This document shows positions 17,901 to 22,988 of a stretch of DNA of 38,629 nucleotides, piece by piece. The number at the start of each line of letters is the position of its first letter. Position 1 is the stretch's first letter. Both the position numbers and the translations under genes were made by a program. The notes beneath the pieces were generated by a model. The model saw only the letters and a program-made list of their open reading frames with translations. It searched no databases and was not told the origin of the DNA. Origin of the DNA: an uncultured Clostridia bacterium (GTDB lineage Bacteria; Bacillota; Clostridia; Christensenellales; UBA1242); contig CALWFX010000031.1 in NCBI GenBank assembly GCA_944377765.1, positions 1-38,629 of the forward strand, given 5' to 3'.

Positions 17901-19710
17901 AGTTTATGCAACATCTTTGGATGGTGGAAATGTTGTTAAATCAAATGGTGTCGATATAACAATTTATAAACTCCAGAATTTCGGTCAAAACCCTGATGGC
18001 AACTATGAAATTTTTGAAGATACAAAAGAATTGTCAAATGGCGAAAGCATGAGTGTTGAAATAATTGATTTTAGTAAATATTTTGATAGTATACCTGAAA
18101 ATATTAATGCAACAGTAAATGTTTCATATCAAGTTGAAGAAGAGTCTCACAATGTAATCTTAACAAAAGATAATTCAACAATCATAATTTTAACAGAAGC
18201 ACTTGCTGAAAATGTTACATTTAAAGAAAACGAAAGTTATATTGTAATTGAAAGCAGTCTTGACTTAACCATTAAAGTTACAGGCAAGTATGCGGATTCA
18301 ACACTCTTTAACATTTTGAATGCTGATGAATATATTTTACATCTTGAAAGACCAAAGAATAACTATGTTATTTCTTGGGATACAATTAAGCAAATCTTCA
18401 CATGGCAACTTGAAGAAGGAGCAGAAAAGCAAGATGAAGATGCAATTGTTTTCGTTGTTACTGTAAATTATTTGCAAGGTGGCATGGATGGAACAATAAG
18501 AAGATATGAGATGACTGAAAAAGAATTTATGCCAACAATAATTCACGATAGTATCAAAATGGAACTTGCAGTTAAATTTGGCGAGCAGGGACTTATGTCT
18601 AACGCAGTTGCATATAATGGCGAGCAAGGCGATGCAGTTAGTTTCAACTTGTTTACAAGCGGAGATGGAACATCAGAAAATCCATATGTTATTGACGATG
18701 AAAACGAGTTTAAGAATATGCAATATAGAATGACAAAACCATCTTACTTAAATTCCTATATTGAATATCAAAATGGCGAACCAACTCAAAAAACAGAACT
18801 TGAACGCTTCTATTTTGAAATAAAATCTAAGTCAAACTTAAATATACAATTCGAAGAAGAGCAGGGTATTTTGTTTAAGGGAACTTTTGATGGAATTTTA
18901 AGAGGTAATGACAGCACGATTAACTTTACAACAAAATCAGTTGAAAAGTTATCTTCAAATGTTGTTATCAAAGATGGAGTTGTTAAAAGTTTGGAAAGTG
19001 GGCAGTCTACCACAACATTCAGTTATGGAATAAGTTTGTTTGAAAATATTGGTGCCAATTCTTCAATATCAAACTTAACCATAACTCCAAATTTAACTGC
19101 AAACGAAGTTATAACAACTCATGCGCTTATATCTGGTCTTGCAATTAACAACAGGGGAACAATAACCAATGTCAGCATAGGCGGAATGACATCAAACCTT
19201 GTGGTTTTCAAAAGCACAGAATCACTTATTGGTGCATATAGCGGAATTGTCAGTGTGAACAGCGGAACAATTTCATCATGCAGTATCAATGGAGATATCA
19301 TTCTTTCTGACACAAGCAGTGTAAGTGGAGAAGAGAAAGTGTATGCTGAAAACTTCTTTGTTGGTGGAATTTGCTATACCAATTACAGAGAAATAAGAAA
19401 CTGCGTTTTAAGAGCAAACATTTCTCTTTCAATTGGAAGCAATATGATGACAACTCATCAACTTGCTGGTTTTGCTGTTACATCAACTGAAACTGGAACT
19501 CTTTCAAATAATCAAATTGAAGCGAATGCAGGGGAAACTTATAAAGTTCAAATCACCTGTTTAACAACAAATCAATGTCGTGCCTATGTTGCTGGCATTG
19601 CAGTTTATGGGAAGGGTTCAATTAACAACAATGTTTCAAACGAAGGTTGTGCAGTTGCAAACAATGTAACAGAACCATACATTGCAAATGATATTGTTGA
19701 AGGCATTTAA
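8995..19710 (+). CDS. giant surface lipoprotein (3,571 aa): Big_2 domain, about 30 divergent FN3/Ig-like modules, C-terminal GLUG-like beta-helix; adhesin-like
   Basis: Uninterrupted ORF. I prefer ATG 8995 (GGGAG 9 nt upstream) to the track's GTG 8989. The N-terminus MKRINILLVSIFTVLIGTFLSAC carries a lipobox (L-S-A-C, Cys codon at 9061-9063). The body shows recurrent module signatures such as xxxW..V..A..Y and linkers such as KLNAP, LDTP, LETP, LEKP, MESP and LSTP about every 100 aa. There is no C-terminal LPXTG or TM segment. Confidence 0.9.
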   Translation: MKRINILLVSIFTVLIGTFLSACNFKNQTAEFSVAEIKTSIGQEINLDDYLETKEVDKNEITFKFSNSSLFSISDHTITALTHGQTMVYATYQNNILADMKLIVKKPFEQVANIKMDDMGLVTWNKVVDKFDETEDFTSPSQYKINFAYENMDTGEQKNYDEYIATNSFQLVENGKYTLSIIACGEGNFDNSQASYITVYFGYMAKLIKSDFSFDSSTNIVSWSSVSDASYSVIFNGKVISEKQSDNFIKISSSLETLSSGSYELSVVVHDKNSEKISVESESISINKLNAPTFENLFDEEKGGRYQISAPEHFKNVEVKVGDEYTFNFTENINETTFEGVAEGKYQVSGKAFANSSDEQGVFYADSDSVELGKIYKLGKLTLQGTGENEEDATTFNFNVERNFDNYESNIKMVLSGAKENEYVENGFTLSEKLINKEVTDLESGSYNLSAFEFAGQQNVNIEGEDFAIINGDESEKVNFVKLDAFQEFDDGNIIKHSYVEGNSVFEFNIVSYATNYSLYVKNGEEYNLVENTLYDYADGKITFNGKVENLFAENISEQQIEFKLVAENEDRLNYIFSSTLKSFEILDTPTSDGGNVAGDVFTFDAVENAGSYLVRYAMIDKASFESGVDDIETESMSFTTKEIFEESITLVSGNYYYVEIVANPENSSLYLTSNVFKKVFYLSKPLETPVVSFGYNESYKGVITDASGYFLKVESVENLESLVVTKDTLAIEKYTDDGKATIYLFTDSFSGGKTSNISVVAHSVDPTIYTDSLPYNLEISRIKRVEYSDLIFDELTKNLTVKGGIEGATNIRIYESESNQVERPNTDTTLPVWKITNSSIQIDVDGSALNDEYFEIVDNKVYLDSETATFNIRRLEKPTEFAFYNGNLTFTATPDLVEYFVLDMFVEDANGAQTLLKVNLTSPEIDVDVYKVQDEDLLLIEQDIKLTPESEIVAGEGEYTIDFNALLTLIKGNEKLYAYYSQSLKVEFSLYSYVTTLATSIYLSSYNATLKDNASGDRLIIEKMESPVISYNKETSNLSWQKVGEESAETEYVVYDASSGEKQEISRSNATSYVVDLSKLTLSTDYKYVVVATNPYYLESGESNEILIHKLSGIDKVKLSDNKLQLSALTQDANFVEKTILTIDDGDEISITNYEHTISAVGNYKFKFVATESFESEGKFYIDSSVSSFTVNNLSSIAPSDTTVKFVDNTVSFETFGQDKNLQSLKYLIIFVDEQGNMAQVSTKENSFVIDGQDELNPLNKLIAGKIDIKVYAVLDAYNISSGGEVFFNTELSLVNGEKIYNAFEYSSDKSISKLSTPIISNIEFVENNDSQRPTMKLTVSGNYSTNETLLIFVGNYTDYIFEYPCIDAEENVVEIAFDQYSDYFAVGEETEIFVYVKSNNNLPSSFGSAKVYRSPALVNLEQNRSQDSISYVQNVTFTFESEEVVKYATGGITLIVNYTTNDEEKTETINVPADTFVDGNKITYSLINFFNQNMKNGGQLYYQAFVNNYSNSASGKYCLSSESISTETYYILESPSDYIEKVAGGIIIGEKEDGTLINSENTKYVVTKGSERFEITLQDGRYYFEYPTDWENGSHTFTVVAMQDNMINSNVATVNLEMQRLEKVNNIIFKREQGLQDLTLSWDAVANADSYMIRAYADNDILINEFETSSTSFLMTEIFGENYEKLGSYISQGAQIRFEITSCSNSNTFNNSSIQYVNADFLGTNITVLDFVVGEDGQLYFKTEAGKDYMYRVVDVSGAEYLGWQQITADAESYVIDLTQIETLTSANTFRVQVITTGNAETSGIIYNDDAIKLVIDSAMVASEDAFMLSPTAHEVKPHYTDLSKVCVSLEDQNSVIYASLSSNYDFDNVIKLDIDYANILEDNGYYLYQMDYTGIFDMFGITETTNIYFFVKKSGEEANYVISKPFEYEFKIDNSTSFISIEKNVVSDEEDYVNTYLTYEKQDGEDMDKVLNNFDIQGFYIKIVHTSLEGEVTTIKAIYNKINLVEDIFEDKIALNITYLLSEDCLDVDENPVDQGAGSYKIYISNIKVVNEGTEDEPVYITYFSPYVETTTGGEEFVFEKLPEMSSVYLNNGDLYWTYDAEMMGKVTKYYIYYISTSNYKDYNIYKTQNNTQNSYSGLLFAGDSNAYNISVQPVSSDPKIIAGNEKYVADSDGTPINVVKNRFNNTLHLSTNGTLSVNWNANVEDSTTDHDIYKLLKQENITAEMANDFIHETIYYPFTFNVSELVYGSTKVRFRFTSYRTDDKSEIAFRRSVDVDAIYLLGNIINEGFTLEEFEGKLDEISNLLVNTADKNIVRDFKSVIKARMGGIGNYINIFDDFFEIVQEGKYEIEYCLLGNSSTLNSVWYQLTQDDGSKDFYINPTPSVVADRSDEPVDGISYEYFIKVRQSNIYLKDGSKELANTYFIQMKTNNETKKYGFEISTQDSGNTWSLKMVGNDNVASYNIDQEIVSENEKYLIIYFNLHDGRSIKAQYNDYVKNEDFALELFAQGNAVSLSSKSSRFTVSFYNACDSFKIEDGKFSWISHLNNPTNILYKFKDDNKEQPATAVAEQNRMSYFSLEGKPTGLYEYIKFVTEGRVEGNTIRIDSEVYTINNVYKLNSPSLNTSLNLISVDDTANDKFYTDKAYSDNEFHRFKVYNDISTENSSYIFPSGEAVGYYQPGITNYLSTDVDYAYKATEESASKFYFTSLGSTATFSTILDSSDASHNNYTFKIAGHEDEDLSVCVMSSVKEFNAKMLKPVSDILVGNGIITWNNFNVLGEETYDEENYSMVYKVSMSFYERNNSSAGTTEDIVGTPIECYTTKTMFDTSKVEDKFPQGSYSFLKVTIQAMILSLVENPTSENYVELVEGGYAQGQNITYTSISNNILISNGEEINDIQFSKPVTNIKVISDEGDTYGKISWEYSGNANFIVEDENGEEVSGSIANNSNTYIFTPNANELEGGEHKLTVYATSLDGGNVVKSNGVDITIYKLQNFGQNPDGNYEIFEDTKELSNGESMSVEIIDFSKYFDSIPENINATVNVSYQVEEESHNVILTKDNSTIIILTEALAENVTFKENESYIVIESSLDLTIKVTGKYADSTLFNILNADEYILHLERPKNNYVISWDTIKQIFTWQLEEGAEKQDEDAIVFVVTVNYLQGGMDGTIRRYEMTEKEFMPTIIHDSIKMELAVKFGEQGLMSNAVAYNGEQGDAVSFNLFTSGDGTSENPYVIDDENEFKNMQYRMTKPSYLNSYIEYQNGEPTQKTELERFYFEIKSKSNLNIQFEEEQGILFKGTFDGILRGNDSTINFTTKSVEKLSSNVVIKDGVVKSLESGQSTTTFSYGISLFENIGANSSISNLTITPNLTANEVITTHALISGLAINNRGTITNVSIGGMTSNLVVFKSTESLIGAYSGIVSVNSGTISSCSINGDIILSDTSSVSGEEKVYAENFFVGGICYTNYREIRNCVLRANISLSIGSNMMTTHQLAGFAVTSTETGTLSNNQIEANAGETYKVQITCLTTNQCRAYVAGIAVYGKGSINNNVSNEGCAVANNVTEPYIANDIVEGI
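9088..9312 (+). other. Big_2-like bacterial Ig domain at the N-terminus of giant protein 1
   Basis: FSVAEIKTSIGQEINLDDYLETKEV...ITFKFSNSSLFSISDHTITALTHGQTMVYATYQNNILADMKLIVKK matches the Big_2 pattern (...G....l.......v....v.w.SSn..vA.v...G.vtA...G.a.I.a...g....v.v). Judged by eye. Confidence 0.6.
9313..18640 (+). repeat. protein-level array of roughly 25-32 highly divergent ~100-aa beta-sandwich (FN3/Ig-like) modules
   Basis: Conserved-Trp module starts include GLVTWNKV (W at 9364), NIVSWSSVSDASYSVIF (W at 9661), NLSWQKVGEESAETEYVVY (W at 12115), LTLSWDAVANADSYMIRAY (W at 13924), DLYWTYDAE...YYIYYIS (W at 15292), KFSWISHL, GIITWNNF, GKISWEYSG and VISWDTI. I noticed no near-identical DNA repeats. 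The module count is an estimate from linker spacing. Confidence 0.55.
18661..19707 (+). other. C-terminal right-handed beta-helix / GLUG-like module of giant protein 1
   Basis: It starts with GDGTSENPYVIDDENEFKNM, the GxGTxxxPYxI entry motif, followed by FKGTFDGILRGNDSTINF. After that come about 22-aa rungs with I/V-x-N and G-(G/L)-x-x-x motifs: ISNLTI, ISGLAINNRGTITNVSI, YSGIVSVNSGTISSCSI, FVGGICYTNYREIRNCVL, LAGFAV, VAGIAVYG. Confidence 0.6.
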
Positions 19711-19715
19711 AGAAT

Positions 19716-19767
19716 AAAAAGAAGAGATTATGAATAGAATTTATCTATGAAAAAATCTCTTCTTTTT
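19716..19767 (+). terminator. long interrupted hairpin after giant gene 1 that overlaps the start of the next gene (terminator and/or translational occlusion)
   Basis: A perfect 14-bp inverted repeat pairs aaaaagaagagatt (19716-19729) with aatctcttcttttt (19754-19767). An inner 5-bp stem pairs ataga (19734-19738) with tctat (19744-19748). A T-rich run follows. The ATG at 19747 sits inside the structure. Confidence 0.5.
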
Positions 19768-20607
19768 CTTTTTGCAATTTTGTTTTGTGCTTTTCCTTTT
19801 ATTAATTCAAATTATGCAATGGCAGAAAATGACTATAAAAATAGCATTGAACTAATAAAAATTTCTTCTTCAAGTCAAAACGAGTTTGCCTATCTTTTTC
19901 CTGTGAACTCTAAAAAATTAAAAGAGATTGTTGACGACAGCATTTTAATTGAAGGTTTTAAATTTTATCTTAAAAGCAATGTCAATGTTTTAAGAAATAG
20001 TTATAACGAAAAGGCAAAGGATATTGAAGGTATGGCAGTGTCTGATGTTAAATATTACACAGATTATGATGCAATAGGTTTTGAAATTTCCTTTTCAACT
20101 TTGGAAGCATATTACAAATTTTTTGGAGAAAATAACACAAGTAATGATACTAACAAAAAGTCAAGTGGATTATTTTGGAAAAGAAAAGAATATGAAATTA
20201 ATTTTCCTTTTTCAGTTAAATCTGCTGACGCGTTTAGAAAAATGTATTCAAACTTAATTGCCACTTGGGGAGCAACTTTTGAAGTTAACGAAGAGAATTT
20301 AGAAGAACTAATAAATATATTTAATGAAACAACTTTCACATATGAACTCATTTCAGCAAGCGGTCAAATACACAGCGAAAATTCATTTGAAGTTAATGGT
20401 GTTCATTATAACATTTTTGAAAAATCTTATGAAGAGTTAGAAAAAGACAGCACAATAAAATTTTACACAATAAGCGTAAACGCAGGTTGGTGGTATTTTT
20501 TTGCTTTACTATTCACTCTTTTAGCAACTATCATAATTTTTCTTGTAATTAAATTTAAAAAAAGTTTTCCACAAATTAGCAAGTTTTCCACAAATCAAAT
20601 AAATTAA
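19747..20607 (+). CDS. hypothetical type-I membrane protein (cleavable signal peptide plus C-terminal TM anchor)
   Basis: 286 aa. The N-terminus MKKSLLFLFAILFCAFPFINSNYAMA looks like a signal peptide (A-M-A site). The C-terminus has the TM segment GWWYFFALLFTLLATIIIFLVI followed by the basic tail KFKK. There is no obvious SD. I recognise no family. Confidence 0.65.
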   Translation: MKKSLLFLFAILFCAFPFINSNYAMAENDYKNSIELIKISSSSQNEFAYLFPVNSKKLKEIVDDSILIEGFKFYLKSNVNVLRNSYNEKAKDIEGMAVSDVKYYTDYDAIGFEISFSTLEAYYKFFGENNTSNDTNKKSSGLFWKRKEYEINFPFSVKSADAFRKMYSNLIATWGATFEVNEENLEELINIFNETTFTYELISASGQIHSENSFEVNGVHYNIFEKSYEELEKDSTIKFYTISVNAGWWYFFALLFTLLATIIIFLVIKFKKSFPQISKFSTNQIN

Positions 20608-20686
20608 ATTGAATTTAAATTTGTTTTGTTTATTTAAACTTAAAAAATTTAGGTTGTTTATCCATATTTTCTATGTATTTTTGTTA

Positions 20687-20711
20687 TTTTTTCAAAACAT
20701 TTTTGAAAAAA
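20687..20711 (+). terminator. AT-rich hairpin between the 19747 ORF and the typA promoter (weak terminator or operator)
   Basis: ttttttcaaaa (20687-20697) pairs perfectly with ttttgaaaaaa (20701-20711) around the loop cat. There is only one G:C pair. Confidence 0.3.
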
Positions 20712-20723
20712 TTATTTTAAATC

Positions 20724-20752
20724 TTGTATATTTTCTAATTTTGTGATATAAT
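20724..20752 (+). promoter_or_regulatory. sigma-A promoter of typA (extended -10)
   Basis: TTGTAT at 20724-20729, a 17-nt spacer, then TGaTATAAT with TATAAT at 20747-20752. The SD AAGAGG precedes the ATG at 20777. Confidence 0.65.
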
Positions 20753-20776
20753 AGGGCGTTAGAATAAGAGGTAGTT

Positions 20777-22609
20777 ATGGAAAACAAACAGATTAGAAAT
20801 GTGGCTATTATTGCCCATGTTGACCATGGTAAAACATCCTTAGTTAATGAAATGCTCAAACAAGGCAATGTTTTTAGAGAAAATCAAGTTGTTGAAGATA
20901 GGGTTATGGATAGCAATGCCCTTGAAAGAGAAAGAGGTATTACAATTTTATCAAAAAATACTTCTTGCTTTTATAATGGTGTGAAAATTAACGTTATAGA
21001 CACCCCAGGACACGCCGATTTTGGTGGAGAAGTGGAAAGAGTTTTGAAAATGGTGGATGGAGTTTTGCTTGTTGTAGACGCTTACGAAGGTCCAATGCCA
21101 CAAACTCGTTTTGTGCTTGAAAAAGCACTTGCTTTGCAACTTAAAGTTGTTGTGGTTATAAATAAGATCGACAGACCTGATGCAAGAATTAAGGAAGTTA
21201 TTGATGAAGTTTTGGAATTATTTTTGGAACTTGACGCAAATGAAGAACAACTTAATTCTCCATTTGTTTTTGCTTCTGCAAGAGAAGGTGTTGCTTCAAC
21301 TGATATGAATCAAAAAGGAACTGACCTTAAACCACTTTTTGAAACTATAATTGATTATATTCCAGCACCAGTTGGTGATGAAAAGGCAGGACTTAAAATG
21401 CTTGTTTCTTCTGCAGAGCACAATGACTATGTTGGAAAACTTGCAGTTGGAAAAGTGGAAAGGGGAGAAATTAGAGTTGGTCAAAATGTTGTTGTTTGCA
21501 ATTATCATGATGAAAGCAAAAAAATTAAGTCAAAAATAGTCAGCCTTTTTGTATATGAAGGGCTTAAAAGAGTTAATGTTGAAAAGGCAACAGTTGGAGA
21601 AATTGTTTGTGTTGCTGGACTTGAAAATGTAACAATTGGTGATACCATTTGCGATGAAACAAGCGTTGAACCAATTGAATTTGTGAAAATTGCAGAGCCT
21701 TCTGTGGAAATGACATTCATGGTCAACGACAGCCCTTTTGCAGGTCGCGAAGGAAAGTTTGTAACTTCCAGACATTTAAGAGATAGACTTTATAAAGAAG
21801 CAGTTAAAGACTTATCACTTAGAGTGGAAGATGGTGAAACTGCTGAAAAGTTTAAGGTAAGTGGTCGTGGTGAAATGCATCTTTCAATTTTAATTGAAAA
21901 TATGCGTCGTGATGGCTATGAGTTTCAAGTTTCACAGCCAAAAGTTTTAATTAAAGAAATTGATGGGGTGAAGTGTGAACCAATCGACCTTTTGTATCTT
22001 GATGTGCCAGAAGATTGTGTTGGAACAGTTATGAACAAAATGGGAGTGAGAAAAGGCGAACTTCAAGGCATGACTCCACATGGAAGTCGTATGAGAATGG
22101 AATTTTTAATTCCTTCAAGAGGACTTTTTGGCTTTAAGAGTGAATATTTAACAGATACCAGAGGGGAAGGTATCATCAATTCAATTTTCCATGACTATGA
22201 ACCATATAAAGGAGAAATCAATCGTCGTGATTATGGTGCGCTTATTGCTCATGAAGAAGGCGAAGCCATTGTTTATGGACTTTTCAATGCTCAGGAAAGG
22301 GGAGAACTTTTCATTGGGCCGGGAACTCCTGTTTATGCAGGCATGGTTGTTGGAATTAACCCTAAGGGCGGAGATATTGTTGTTAATGTTTGCAAGCGTA
22401 AACATCTTTCAAACTGTCGTGCATCTGGCTCGGACGATGCGTTAAGACTTACTCCGCCAAAAATTATGAGCCTTGAAGACTGCATTGAATTTTTGGCTGA
22501 CGATGAATATTTGGAAGTAACACCAAAATCAATAAGAATAAGAAAAATCATCTTAGACCACAATATGCGTTTAAGAGAACGCGGAAAGGCTTTAAGAGGA
22601 GAAATTTAA
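20777..22609 (+). CDS. typA: translational GTPase TypA/BipA
   Basis: 610 aa. It has G1 [10 protein letters not shown]3 [12 protein letters not shown] and G4 NKIDR. The EF-G-like domain order and length are typical of BipA. Confidence 0.95.
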   Translation: MENKQIRNVAIIAHVDHGKTSLVNEMLKQGNVFRENQVVEDRVMDSNALERERGITILSKNTSCFYNGVKINVIDTPGHADFGGEVERVLKMVDGVLLVVDAYEGPMPQTRFVLEKALALQLKVVVVINKIDRPDARIKEVIDEVLELFLELDANEEQLNSPFVFASAREGVASTDMNQKGTDLKPLFETIIDYIPAPVGDEKAGLKMLVSSAEHNDYVGKLAVGKVERGEIRVGQNVVVCNYHDESKKIKSKIVSLFVYEGLKRVNVEKATVGEIVCVAGLENVTIGDTICDETSVEPIEFVKIAEPSVEMTFMVNDSPFAGREGKFVTSRHLRDRLYKEAVKDLSLRVEDGETAEKFKVSGRGEMHLSILIENMRRDGYEFQVSQPKVLIKEIDGVKCEPIDLLYLDVPEDCVGTVMNKMGVRKGELQGMTPHGSRMRMEFLIPSRGLFGFKSEYLTDTRGEGIINSIFHDYEPYKGEINRRDYGALIAHEEGEAIVYGLFNAQERGELFIGPGTPVYAGMVVGINPKGGDIVVNVCKRKHLSNCRASGSDDALRLTPPKIMSLEDCIEFLADDEYLEVTPKSIRIRKIILDHNMRLRERGKALRGEI

Positions 22610-22631
22610 TCTGCCACAGGCAGATTTTTTA
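22609..22631 (+). terminator. rho-independent terminator of typA
   Basis: Stem atctgcc / ggcagat (7 bp, 4 G:C) with loop aca, followed by T6. It starts at the last base of the stop codon. Confidence 0.8.
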
Positions 22632-22660
22632 TTTAAAAATGAAAGAAAACATTTCATTCA

Positions 22661-22689
22661 TTGACAAAAATATTATAAATTGGTATACT
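22661..22689 (+). promoter_or_regulatory. near-consensus sigma-A promoter of the dnaB operon
   Basis: TTGACA at 22661-22666, a 17-nt spacer, then TGgTATACT with TATACT at 22684-22689. It lies 20 nt upstream of the ATG at 22710. Confidence 0.7.
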
Positions 22690-22709
22690 TTAAATATTAA
22701 GAGAAAATT

Positions 22710-22985
22710 ATGAAAGTTTCTGAAAGAATGATTTTAAAAGATAGGTTGAAAAAATTGGGCATTTTTTGCCTTATAGTTTTTTTGCCTATTTGTGTTGTTG
22801 CAGTTGCCATGGCGGCTGCTGGTGTAACTCAAGCGGTTGTTATTGTGGTTAATGTGGTGCTTCTTTTCTTACTTTTTGGGCTTTTTATGTATATATGCAG
22901 TGTTTTAGATAAGAAAAAGGAAAAACGACTTAAAGAAAGTAACAAAAAAGACCCTTTTGCTGACGATACAGAAAATAAGGAGTAA
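22710..22985 (+). CDS. small two-TM membrane protein with a charged C-terminal tail
   Basis: 91 aa with two hydrophobic helices (LGIFCLIVFLPICVVAVAMAAAG and VVIVVNVVLLFLLFGLFMYICSV) and then a Lys/Glu/Asp-rich tail. It is the first gene after the promoter. Its stop lies 3 nt before dnaB. Confidence 0.6.
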   Translation: MKVSERMILKDRLKKLGIFCLIVFLPICVVAVAMAAAGVTQAVVIVVNVVLLFLLFGLFMYICSVLDKKKEKRLKESNKKDPFADDTENKE

Positions 22986-22988
22986 GAT

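Noticed and set aside
9041-19313. Many 60-125-aa ORFs in other frames or strands inside giant gene 1 (for example 9235-9504, 9847-10146, 13213-13497, 16895-17272, 18337-18627)
   Set aside because: All are fully nested in the 10.7-kb ORF. They have Ile/Lys/Phe/Leu-rich compositions typical of alternate frames of AT-rich coding DNA, and none has a convincing SD.
20658-20666. DnaA-box-like TTATCCATA (8/9 match) near typA/dnaB, considered as a possible oriC
   Set aside because: It is an isolated single match. Others, such as those near 5855 and 38581, are scattered and lie inside genes. There is no cluster of boxes, no dnaA or dnaN, and no AT-rich unwinding element arrangement.
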